From assembly GCA_004764695.1 (NCBI GenBank), contig SMSO01000031.1, positions 9,096,761 to 9,160,760 of the forward strand: DNA of 64,000 bases, given 5' to 3'. Positions 20,892 through 31,000 of the stretch are shown one piece after another. Below the pieces are notes generated by a model that saw only the letters and a program-made list of their open reading frames with translations, was not told the origin of the DNA and did no database searches. The translations under genes were made by a program, and so were the position numbers. Each line of letters begins with the position of its first letter. Within the stretch, counting starts at the first letter, position 1. This stretch comes from Schizochytrium sp. TIO01 (lineage: Eukaryota > Protista > Bigyra: Labyrinthulomycetes).

Positions 20892-23800
20892 TTAAAAGAA
20901 GACCATGCTGCCTTGCCTAAAATCTTCATCCTCCTCCATAATTTCTGTCAACATCTTAAATTTGAGTGACGACTCCTCACGTAGATTTCGACTCATTTCA
21001 CGGATCGAGCACAATGATTCTTTTACTAGGCTAGAAACCTGCTCCTGTTCAAGTGCTTCAGTTTCCCCGTTTACCTCATCCTCATCCGACATTGCAAGAT
21101 GCATGTCAGTAGATAAGCGAGGACTGTGTTTGGTACGTTTTGACGTTGGCTCCACAGGCTCCATCGTCGACCCCGCAATGGCTAATGGTTGCTCATCCTG
21201 AAGTGTGTCTGCATCTGATGGCAGATCTCGAATTCCAAGCAAAGAGAAAGAAGACTTCCGTTTCCGTTCTTCCACCTCGTACAGAACAGCTTCACATCTA
21301 GGCTGTCCTTTCTTATTGTCAAGAATGCAGTCAATAACAAGCTGCCAGATAAATGGCAATTCACGTGCATCCAGTAATGAAAGGTTGGCGAGAACAGACG
21401 GACCAATGGCACCTTCTACGAAAGCCCGTACCTGTGAGTGTCTTAGGTCATCCATAGTGTTGGCTCTCACAAAGTGGAAGAGATCACTCTCTCGATTGGT
21501 GCCGTTTTCTCCGTACCCAACTGGAGTCAATTTGCAGTATCGAATTGCCTCGCATGTAGTCTCAACAGAACCTGGGTCATTCCAGTCTTGAGGCAGACCG
21601 TATGCCGAGTAAAACTCTGGAGCTGGCCAGGTCTGCTTTAGTGCGACACGAGCCTTGGCACATAGGTTTTCTTCAAGGTACTTGTTGAAGGTTTTCACCC
21701 AGCCCATTGCTTCGTGCATAGCTTGCGGCCATGGGTCAACATCATGTTCCACATACTGGCCAAAGTGCATAGGGTAATAAACGTTTTCAGAGCGAACGAT
21801 TTCTTCAACGCTAGAAATTGTAATACTCTTGGGCACAGTGAGTTTCTTAGCGGACAACTTTTTCAATAGATTTTCTGCAGGCGTAGCCTTGCAGAAATGG
21901 GAGACACTAAGCGATATCCCCTTGAACTCATACTGGCAGAATAAGTCCTCGGCACGATCCAGTGCGGAAGAGTCGCCTGCAAAAACACCAAGGAGTACCG
22001 CAGCAAACCAACTCTTAAGCCTCAAAGGAGCCAAAGCAACGTTGTCGAAACAGAGCTCACATTCGGCAGTAGTCAACCCGTTCGCTCCTAGTAATACCCT
22101 GCGCCGCCATGCGTCATGGAATGCAGGGGCGTCAAGCATAGCGCCAATACGAGGGAATAAAGACGGCGCTTCATTGACGAGCCAGCTTAGCAAGGCATCG
22201 ATATCGCCTTCACTAAGCTGATCTGGGTCATCAAGCAAGCGATCTGAGGAACAGCCAAGACTTACAATAGGGGGGGTGCCATCTCCACTCAAGTCAAGAC
22301 CTAAATTCTCACAAATAGCCTTCCTATTGCTTTCTGTAACCTTGTGGGAGATGCGGTTTACACTGGGCAACACAAGAATAGCAATGTTGCATAGATCCTG
22401 AGAATTTGCTCTGGCCTCTTCCAGTGCACACACGTGTTTGGTCCACTCACTGCACTCTGTCGGGTGTGGTACAACTAATATAATCGAATCTGCTCCCTTG
22501 GCTTCTGCAAAATGATCTTTTTGGTTGCTTGATTTGATCGAAAGGTGGATCTTGCGTCCGTAATCATCGCGAACTGACAGAGAAGCAAGTACCGATGTGC
22601 CATGCACATGACCTGGCCCAGAAAACCATTTATGAAGCCACGCGAGAGCAGTGGAATCCTCCTGAGTATCGAAATCATCATGAGCAACCACTGCAAGCTT
22701 CCAAGTTATCGGAGTTTCGATAAGTGGGTTTGCAGCAGCGATTCGCTTACTGAGTGCATCAAGGTCAAGTGACCGCATAGGGTGCACGATGGGAACGAAA
22801 GTGCCCATAGCTTGAGTTGCTGGAAGACTCGTGTCTTTGCGAAGGAGATTGACTGGATGCGACCGACGATATAAACCATCCACCAGATGCGGCTTCAAAC
22901 TCTGTTTAAATGCTCGAACTCGTGACTTCGCAGCTGCAGACAAGCGAGCATAACGAACCCAAATGCTCCATGTTGGCCCAAGACGTTCACGACGGTCTTC
23001 AAGGGCAATGCGATATTGTCTTTCAGCTTCCCGGCTTAGACGTTCTTCAGATGACATGAAAGAGCGTTCTTGTTGCTCGCGTCTTCTATCTTGCAGCTGA
23101 GCAGCTTCAGCTTCTGCTCGAGCTGCTATTTCAGCCTCCTTACGCGCGCGTGCTTGTTCCTCATCTCGAAGTTTAGCTCGAATAGCAGATTCTCTCTCGG
23201 CTTGAGCTTTCCTTTCACGTAGCTCATCAGCAGCCTCCTTTTGGCGTCTTTGCTCACTTTCCTTTTCAACGTCAGCAGTCTTGCCTTTCTTGAGGTTATC
23301 TTGGCCTGAATCAACTTTTGAGCCCTTCTGTTCAATCTCATCCTCATTTTCCTCATCATCAGTACGGGTGTCTTCCTCAACAACTTGTTTCTGTTGAGGA
23401 GTAGAGCCAAGTGGTTTCTGCGCTACTTTTGGAGTCTTGGTACTTTGAGCAGGTAGGGAAAACGAGGTTTGAAATGGGGACTTCGAAACTTGTGAAATGG
23501 TTTTCGAAGGAGTTGTCGTACCAATGGTGGTAGTTGATGAGGGTGCCTTTAAAGGTGTTGCTCCCAAAGCAATGCCTTTGGATTCAGGAATTGACGTACT
23601 CGCATTGCTTGTGTTCTTGAATGGCAAACTAGGGCTACCTGATGAACTTGAAGAAAGCGTGGCAGATGCAGATTGTGTTTCCTTTTGCTGCTCTCCTTTT
23701 GAAAACCCAAATGAGCTTTCAGGATTCACTGCAGCAGTAGGCTTTTTGCCGCCGAAGGAAAAGGGCTGAGGGATAGTTAAGGGTTTTGTTTCTGTACTCT

Positions 23801-25598
23801 TAGTCTTCCCAAAGGATCCAAACGATGAAGATTTTTCTTCTGAGCCTGTAGACTGTCCAAATGATGTTGCAGAGAGCATTGATGATGATGACGACGAGGA
23901 CGAAGAGGAGGAGGATCCAAAACCACTAGTACCTAGTGAGGAGGGAAATACAGCCGACGATGAGGAGGATGAAGAAGACAGAGGGTTGGGCTGCGTCGCC
24001 GAGGAAGTACCAAACGAAGCAGATCCAAAAGCTGGCGTTGCAGATGCAAAGGTGCTGGAAGCTTGCGAAAGCAACTTAGTTGACTGCTGCAAGGCTATCT
24101 TGTCATCCGCCTCGTTCAAATGCTGGGTCGCAGGGTCAAGGCCACGAACAACTTGACGGCGAGGGGGGTACTGTGATCCTCCAGAGCCTCGGCCGAGGCG
24201 TTTGTCCTCAACTAATCTCATTGTTCGTCGAGGAAATTTTGTATCAGGACGGGCAAGATTTCGAACTGTACCAAACTCCACGTGAACATCATCTTGAGAT
24301 TGAAGCCCAACATAGGTTGCGAAAGCTCGCATGTGAGCTTCATCTACAAAACAGAGCATCTTTGCAAGCTGCGCAAAACTGTAGTGGGAATCGCCTTGAC
24401 GGTGGGATGCTTGTGTCAAAACGTGTAGAGCATCCCGCCAGACGACTGCTAGTAGGCCGTGCATAAGACAGCCCACCAAGTACGGGGTGCGAGAAGACCG
24501 CAATATCCGAAAAAAGTTTATGTAGTCTCGTCGGTGGAGCGCTCGAGCTACCTGTAGAGCGAGACGAAGCCACGTAGTTTGGCGTACCGAGGGAGCAAGG
24601 TCTCGAATGTATACTGCTATTGTAAAGGGGTCCGATGCTTGCATCAAAATGTAATAAGCGCGGAACTCCGCTTCATGTCGTAGCATGTGAGCCTTTTTAG
24701 ACTCTTCATTGGCATTTCGGGGAACGAAAGCGTGTGCACGTGCATACATTCCGTTAAGAGCTTTAAGACAATTGTTTGCCTCTTGTCTATTTAACGTTTC
24801 GTCATGACCTTCAGCTTTAGAGACCTCGCAGAGCTGCTCGTCAAGCATAATGTGCATGCGAGCACATTCCTCAAAGACACGAATACATGTATCGGACAAA
24901 GGGCCGTTTTCTTCAAGAAATCCCTGTAGACTAAAATCTTTGCGTACGGAACGAGTTCTATCTTGCATAAAGGACATCACGAAAGCCTGCGTTGGAGTAG
25001 CTCCATCGCCAGCTCGATAGAGGTCAGAGTCACGGAAGCGGGGATCCGGGCCATGCTCAGGTCGATCGATGATATCATCCCATAGATAATCAATTGTTTG
25101 TGCAAGAATAGGTTCAGGACGAACAATCTCAGGAATATCAAGGACCATACCAGCAGAGGAGCGCATGAAGGACTTCACAGTCAGGTCGTATTTAGAACGA
25201 AGCTCTGGCATCTCAGGATGTTGGCGTTCCAAAAGATGAAGGGAATTTTCATTGTATCGTCGATCTGTTTCGGACTTGGGACACATTTTCATACACTCAC
25301 CAACAAGAAATTTGCCTTCCTCTTGGGGGGTGGCACCCATTATCGGCGGGTTCATTGGGTCAGAGACTACAGGTGTTGCAGTCGAAACAGGACGTGCCAT
25401 CTTGAATCGTTCGGCCCGCTTGCGCCGGGCAATACGCTCATCAGATGTATCAGCGCCATCCTCATCATCATCCTCCTCGCGTTCATCTTCAGCTCCATCA
25501 CTACTGACAGCACTGAAACTGCTCGAGTGAGCACGCTGATCTTTTCGCTTTTTCTTACTTGCTTTGGAAAGGGTCTTGTCTTCTACCTCTATTCGCAT
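20892..25598 (-). CDS. SAC3/GANP (MCM3AP-like, TREX-2 scaffold), C-terminal frame: SAC3_GANP domain, S/FG-rich linker, coiled coil, MCM3AP-like C-terminus
   Basis: LVGECMKMCPKSE, VKSFMRSSAG, VRPEPILAQTIDYL, FMQDRTRSVRKDFSLQG, FEECARMHI and EAEFRAYYIL are SAC3/GANP motifs. ITWKLAVV resembles the WKL motif of the GANP C-terminal region. Probably one gene with 25555..28059. Confidence 0.88.
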   Translation of the reverse strand: MRIEVEDKTLSKASKKKRKDQRAHSSSFSAVSSDGAEDEREEDDDEDGADTSDERIARRKRAERFKMARPVSTATPVVSDPMNPPIMGATPQEEGKFLVGECMKMCPKSETDRRYNENSLHLLERQHPEMPELRSKYDLTVKSFMRSSAGMVLDIPEIVRPEPILAQTIDYLWDDIIDRPEHGPDPRFRDSDLYRAGDGATPTQAFVMSFMQDRTRSVRKDFSLQGFLEENGPLSDTCIRVFEECARMHIMLDEQLCEVSKAEGHDETLNRQEANNCLKALNGMYARAHAFVPRNANEESKKAHMLRHEAEFRAYYILMQASDPFTIAVYIRDLAPSVRQTTWLRLALQVARALHRRDYINFFRILRSSRTPYLVGCLMHGLLAVVWRDALHVLTQASHRQGDSHYSFAQLAKMLCFVDEAHMRAFATYVGLQSQDDVHVEFGTVRNLARPDTKFPRRTMRLVEDKRLGRGSGGSQYPPRRQVVRGLDPATQHLNEADDKIALQQSTKLLSQASSTFASATPAFGSASFGTSSATQPNPLSSSSSSSSAVFPSSLGTSGFGSSSSSSSSSSSSMLSATSFGQSTGSEEKSSSFGSFGKTKSTETKPLTIPQPFSFGGKKPTAAVNPESSFGFSKGEQQKETQSASATLSSSSSGSPSLPFKNTSNASTSIPESKGIALGATPLKAPSSTTTIGTTTPSKTISQVSKSPFQTSFSLPAQSTKTPKVAQKPLGSTPQQKQVVEEDTRTDDEENEDEIEQKGSKVDSGQDNLKKGKTADVEKESEQRRQKEAADELRERKAQAERESAIRAKLRDEEQARARKEAEIAARAEAEAAQLQDRRREQQERSFMSSEERLSREAERQYRIALEDRRERLGPTWSIWVRYARLSAAAKSRVRAFKQSLKPHLVDGLYRRSHPVNLLRKDTSLPATQAMGTFVPIVHPMRSLDLDALSKRIAAANPLIETPITWKLAVVAHDDFDTQEDSTALAWLHKWFSGPGHVHGTSVLASLSVRDDYGRKIHLSIKSSNQKDHFAEAKGADSIILVVPHPTECSEWTKHVCALEEARANSQDLCNIAILVLPSVNRISHKVTESNRKAICENLGLDLSGDGTPPIVSLGCSSDRLLDDPDQLSEGDIDALLSWLVNEAPSLFPRIGAMLDAPAFHDAWRRRVLLGANGLTTAECELCFDNVALAPLRLKSWFAAVLLGVFAGDSSALDRAEDLFCQYEFKGISLSVSHFCKATPAENLLKKLSAKKLTVPKSITISSVEEIVRSENVYYPMHFGQYVEHDVDPWPQAMHEAMGWVKTFNKYLEENLCAKARVALKQTWPAPEFYSAYGLPQDWNDPGSVETTCEAIRYCKLTPVGYGENGTNRESDLFHFVRANTMDDLRHSQVRAFVEGAIGPSVLANLSLLDARELPFIWQLVIDCILDNKKGQPRCEAVLYEVEERKRKSSFSLLGIRDLPSDADTLQDEQPLAIAGSTMEPVEPTSKRTKHSPRLSTDMHLAMSDEDEVNGETEALEQEQVSSLVKESLCSIREMSRNLREESSLKFKMLTEIMEEDEDFRQGSMVFF

Positions 25599-28059
25599 TA
25601 CTCATGCTACTTGGGTCTTCTTCGCTGTTTGATGCAGCTTGAGCTTGTTGTTGTTGTTGTTGCTGCTGCTGCTGTTGTTGTTGTTGCTGCTGCTGCTGTT
25701 GTTGTTTACGCAATATTTTTTCCTGTTTCTGCTTTTCCAATTCTGCGATGCGGGCCTCAAGCAACGCCTTCCTGCGTGCTTTGTCTTCGCGTGTGATGTC
25801 CGCAATTTTAGTGCTATTCGAAGCCGTCGGTGCTGAAAATTTGCTTCCTGAAGTAGAATTGGACCCTTCCCTTTTGTTGATATCAGCAGTAGGTTTGTTT
25901 CCAGAGGAGCCACTAAATGATGCTTTTACAGAAACACCTTGCAAGTCATGAGAACCTTTACGTACAATTTTGCTCGCAGCAGCAGGAGTGTTCATGATAA
26001 GCTGAGCAGTGCCCTGGTCCGCAAAAATTTGCGCCGTTTCAATGGTACCAAACTGGGAAAAGTACTCAAAAATAACGTCTTCATCCACCGCAGGGTTGAC
26101 ATTCCAGGACAGATGAACCTCTTTTGACCGAGACGATACCGGGGGGCGAGATAAAGATGCCATGTCTTGTTGTTGATTTGCATCGCGTTTACGACGAGGG
26201 CCCGTCTTCCCTTGTGATTGTTTTGTACTGTCTTCATTCGAACTGTTATGCTGGTTTCGACTTTTTCGATCTTCTGTAGGCCGAACCCAAGTCATAGCTC
26301 CCGAGTGCCGAGAGTCTTCAAGGGAGTCTGAAGATTCCGTAGGTCTGTTAGACGACTTCTTCTCAGGACGACTCCCTCCTCCAAAACCGACAGACCCTCC
26401 AAAGCCTGTAGAGTTGCTTGCGCCGCCCCCAAAGCCTCCAAAGCCAGGGTTAGCGGACGAAGATGTCGTTTTAGAGGCAGATCTGCCAAAGCCCGATGAT
26501 GTACCAAAGCCCGAGGTGGAACCAAAACCGCTAGGAGCCGCTTTTGAAGAGGCTGTTGCCGTAGATGAACCAAAACCAGATCCAGAGCCAAAACCACTAG
26601 GGGTCGCTTTGGAAGAAGAGTTTGTTGCCGTAGATGAACCAAAACCAGACCCAGAGCCAAAACCGCCACCAGAAGAAGAGTTGTTTGCTACAGATGCGCC
26701 AAAGCCAGAGGTGGAGCCAAAGCCATCCGATGCCTTGGGAGTGCTGCCATTTGAACTTTCTTGTCCAGCAGCCTTGCCAAACCCTCCGCCTCCCGCACCA
26801 CTCCCAAATCCTCCAGAGTTCTTGCTTGTGTGTGCCCCAAAGCCTCCTCCCTTGGTACTAGACGCGTTCGTAGCTTCTACCTTAGATCCGAAGCCAAATC
26901 CAGAGGAACTTGCTGAGGATGATGCAAGGGAGCCAAAGCCACCCTGCGAGGTTTGTTTAGTTCGTTGTGTGCTCTCCGCGTTTCTGTTGTTATTATTACT
27001 CCCGAACGAAAAGCCGCTGTTAACGCTATTCCCAGATGGTGATGGAATGGGTGTGCTTCCCTTTGTGCCGAAGCCGAATGAGGACGATCCAGGCTTTTGA
27101 GCCCCGAATCTTTGGGAGCCTTGCTTGCTCGAACCCCCTCCAGCCCCGAATCCAACTGTTCCACTCTTAGATTCATTGTTTTGCCCTCCTGAAAAAGAGG
27201 AACCCACGCCTACATTCAGAGAGGAATTTGCGTCACCGAATCCGCCTGATGCCGAGTTACCAAAGCCGGAAGTGTTTGTGTTTTTGTTGCTGCCAAAACC
27301 ACCTGATGACGACTGCTGCTGCTGCGCGGCCTTGCCAAATCCTCCAAAGCCACTACTCCCTCCGCTTGAAGCTGCATTGTGACCAAAACCGCCGGTGCCG
27401 CTGCTGGATAATGATGAGTTCTGTCCGAATCCACCAGATGATTTCGATTGGCCAAAACCAGTCGATAATGATGAGGAGGACGACGAGGATTGACCAAAGC
27501 CACCTGTGGAAGATGTATTGCGCTTAAATCCGGCCTGCGAGCTCGAAGATTGCCCACCACTGTTACCAAAACCTCCACGCCCCCCTCCAAATCCAGAAGG
27601 ACTCGATGATTTGCCAAAACCAGAGTTTCCACCAAAACCAGTATTTGACGAAGACGCTGCGTTACGACCAAATCCAGAAGATGAAGACGACACCGAGGCA
27701 GACGGTGACGGGGCACTCTGGCCAAATCCTCTATTTGCATTAGTATTCACAGATCCTCCAAAGCCGCTGCTGTTACTAAACCCAGAAGAGCCACCTCCAC
27801 CAGCGCTACTGCCAAATCCAGAATTGCTGTTTCCGCCTCCAAAGGCAGGCATTGTTCCTTGCGAGCTACCAGAGTTTTGCCCGGCGGAAGCATTGTTACC
27901 AAATCCTTGATTTCCGACTCCACCACTGTTAAATCCACCACTGGATTGTCCAAATCCTCTGCCACCAAATCCACTTCTGTTGTTGTTATTGTTGCTGTTG
28001 CTGTTATTGTTGTTGTTGAAACTGTTGTTCGTGGTGTTGTTCTTGCCAAACCCAAACAT
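25555..28059 (-). CDS. FG-repeat (GFG/SGFG) low-complexity region + RRM-like domain + polyQ; probable N-terminal part of the SAC3/GANP gene
   Basis: ATG at 28059 (MFGFGKNN); dozens of GFG motifs; RRM-like VDEDVIFEYFSQFGTIETAQIF; overlaps the downstream ORF by 44 nt in another frame. FG + RRM ahead of SAC3 is the known GANP domain order. Confidence 0.8.
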   Translation of the reverse strand: MFGFGKNNTTNNSFNNNNNSNSNNNNNRSGFGGRGFGQSSGGFNSGGVGNQGFGNNASAGQNSGSSQGTMPAFGGGNSNSGFGSSAGGGGSSGFSNSSGFGGSVNTNANRGFGQSAPSPSASVSSSSSGFGRNAASSSNTGFGGNSGFGKSSSPSGFGGGRGGFGNSGGQSSSSQAGFKRNTSSTGGFGQSSSSSSSLSTGFGQSKSSGGFGQNSSLSSSGTGGFGHNAASSGGSSGFGGFGKAAQQQQSSSGGFGSNKNTNTSGFGNSASGGFGDANSSLNVGVGSSFSGGQNNESKSGTVGFGAGGGSSKQGSQRFGAQKPGSSSFGFGTKGSTPIPSPSGNSVNSGFSFGSNNNNRNAESTQRTKQTSQGGFGSLASSSASSSGFGFGSKVEATNASSTKGGGFGAHTSKNSGGFGSGAGGGGFGKAAGQESSNGSTPKASDGFGSTSGFGASVANNSSSGGGFGSGSGFGSSTATNSSSKATPSGFGSGSGFGSSTATASSKAAPSGFGSTSGFGTSSGFGRSASKTTSSSANPGFGGFGGGASNSTGFGGSVGFGGGSRPEKKSSNRPTESSDSLEDSRHSGAMTWVRPTEDRKSRNQHNSSNEDSTKQSQGKTGPRRKRDANQQQDMASLSRPPVSSRSKEVHLSWNVNPAVDEDVIFEYFSQFGTIETAQIFADQGTAQLIMNTPAAASKIVRKGSHDLQGVSVKASFSGSSGNKPTADINKREGSNSTSGSKFSAPTASNSTKIADITREDKARRKALLEARIAELEKQKQEKILRKQQQQQQQQQQQQQQQQQQQQAQAASNSEEDPSSMSNANRGRRQDPFQSK
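25645..25704 (-). repeat. Mixed CAA/CAG tract encoding 20 Gln
   Basis: (TTG/CTG)20 on the plus strand. Confidence 0.92.
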
Positions 28060-31000
28060 AGTGCCTAATTTTGCCTGCAAGTATCGTGGTCAAACCCCTT
28101 TTCTACAGCAGTTCAATTCACAGATTTGTGATCTTGGGGAGGATGTTTTTGCCACAGCGCCAAAATCTGCGCAAAGGCTTGCAAGCAACCCACCAAGGTG
28201 CGAAGATGCACGCTTGGCCGTCTACTAAGTTGAAACCACCTCAGCTTGAGCCCGAATCCCGGGCGCCGCCAGTCTCTGCCAGGTAGTGAGCGCCAACCGC
28301 CCAGGCCGTCACGTAAACCAGGTATGCTCTGCGGACCAAGCAGAGCAGGCCACGAGCGTGTCGCAGGCCCGGTTGTGACTTTGAAAGGTGCCCCTCAATT
28401 CGTCGACGTCAAGAAAATCATTCGAATCATTCAAATCTCTCATTCATTCTCTTTCATTCTCTTTATAGATTAAACTGTCAATATGTGGTCGGAAAAATAG
28501 TTATGCCGGTTTTCCCGTCATGCTTTCGTTCAGGTGGTGTGGAAGAGATCATGAATGAATTGAGAACAGCAAATTAGCCTTGCAGTACCATAAATAATCA
28601 AATTTTGTGTGAAGAGCAGATAGACTTATGATATTGGTTTGCTAAGATATAAGTAGTGATAATCGCTTTCTAATTAAGCATGCCCAGGCGAAATTTGCAA
28701 TGAGGTTAATGAAGAATATGGAAATGTTGCGATGAGGAGTTCACTAGCGCTATTAACTGTGGCTCATCTTATGAAATGAAACGCAGCATTTGAATGATTA
28801 CCTTTTGTTGCGAAACTTCAGGATACTGTCTTGCTTGATGCAAAGCTTAAAGTTATCAGTATGAATGGTGATTTCTGCATGTTTTAACGTTGATCGAGAT
28901 TGATCTACATCGAGTCACGTTTCTCTGTACCCTTATTCACCTCTAAAGACTAAGGCTCTGTTATAGCACTCATTACCTGAAATCGTGAAAATGAAGATAT
29001 TAAGAGAACTGATTACTTATGATCTAGTCCCTACTTCGACCGGCGCACCAACTCATACCAATCATTCTATTCGAGATTGTCAACGCATCAAGCCTTCCTC
29101 CTTGAGACGCAAAAGACGCAAAAGGCACTTGGCCTTTGAAAGAGAGCTTTACAGTTGTTTCTATAGACACTCGCAGAAGGGAGGACGGAGTGTTTGATAC
29201 TGTCTGGGTAATGATTCAGATTCCCTTTTATGACTTCAACATCAACAGAAAACTCTGTCTATCTACCCGCGCCATCCTTCGTAGCGAAGCTAAATTGTCT
29301 TGCAAAAGCTCAGATTGGGTAGATCACAGTCATATATGCCTGACGCCCTCCTTTTTGGTGAACTGGACAGCCAATAGTTCACTGATAACGTAACACACTT
29401 TTTGCGCTGGCGCCTCCAGAATGGGAGATTCATAGGTACTTGCTCAACACGCACATCCGCGCCTTGATGAGAATACAATTGGGGATGCGTCTGATTGGTC
29501 TTGAACTAAGCAAGTCCGACTCTGAAAACGAAGAGAACCTTGAATTCTCGTCTCGTCATTCCGGACCTCTGCAGACCTGAGTTAGCAATTTTTTTTCGCG
29601 TGACCTGATTTTGATTTGGTACCCTACATTTTGCTGCAGTGTATTCTTTTTATCATTCAAATTGAACGCAGAGAACTTTGTGTCACTGAACAGGCACTGA
29701 AGGCTGCCATGCTGGAAGTGTTGTTTGTAGTCCAATGTAACTCACGAATCACGTTATGCGATCTGATTATGCAACAGCAAAACAGCAATATATTGTCAAG
29801 GATGGTTCTATGTCTGCATAGTCGACGCAAATACTTCGTTTCGGGGATAGCTTGGCGCACCTCTGGTCCTGCTATTTGTAGCGAAATTTGCAAATTTACA
29901 TAAATTTTAAAACGCCATATTTACTTATTCAGCAGAACGTTGAGCCTGAGACCATAAACGTCGAGAAGTCGCCAGATTAGCAAAATTTCTAATTAGGCCC
30001 TGCTATCTGGAAAGAGTGAGATGCAGTAGGTATCTAGGATAGACTATTCTAGTCATGAATGACAACTGCCGGGAGGGAGACAAAAACGAGCTAATAATGA
30101 CACACAGATTGAACCTAGGCGAGAAATCATTGCCAATCCAGGAGCTCACAAAGGTTCTAGATACCTGCCGAGTTCCAGCTCTGGAACGTGGCGCATCTTA
30201 TTGACAGACAAATGCCAAGATACGACTGTGTAGATGATGATAGGTATGGGCACACGAGTACAACTCAACATATACACGAAGAACAAAACCTGAAGGGGGA
30301 GGTGATAGCGCACTACCTCAGCACAAGACAAAGGAGGACATGTGCTGCTCGGCTGAACGCGCGCAAGTACTTCATACAGTAAACGTCTCTTGAACAGCGA
30401 AACCTCTCTGTCCGTAAGCCGGAAAGTGAAGATCTGCAACGTGAAGATCTGAAGATCGCAAAGTTCAACTTTTGAGAGAACATAAGGCAACTTGCCGCGA
30501 GTGTCGCAATTCAAACCACAAAAAGCTGTGCTTACTTTACGATGGAGTCCTGTAACGAACCACGCCTTACCACTTTTCGAAGAGATCTTGCCAGCTCATA
30601 AACGTCAACCTTTCAAAGGTTTCTTGTTGTAGTCTGAAATCGATGAGGGGCCTCTCACTTCACCAACAGAGTGGTAGGTCCTACTTGTACATCAAAGGCA
30701 GCTCCAACAAACAATCAAATCAATCGATGACTTTCCCATTTGAGAGGTCATAAGCGTCTGGGGATTCTGACTCGTGACCCTTCAAAGCGAACAGGAGAAG
30801 TTAGCAAGCAAGCAGGCAAGCAGGTAGCGAGTATGGCTCAAACGTGGTCCTATTTCCTTTTGACATCCCTTTTAAGACCTTACTCTATATACTCGTGCCG
30901 TAACGAGAATCTTCGTTTACTTCCCTTGGGAGATTATGCGGTGTTGAGTTCTTTCTGATATAGCAAGCCCTGGCATTGCAATGGTATCAAGATACTTTGA

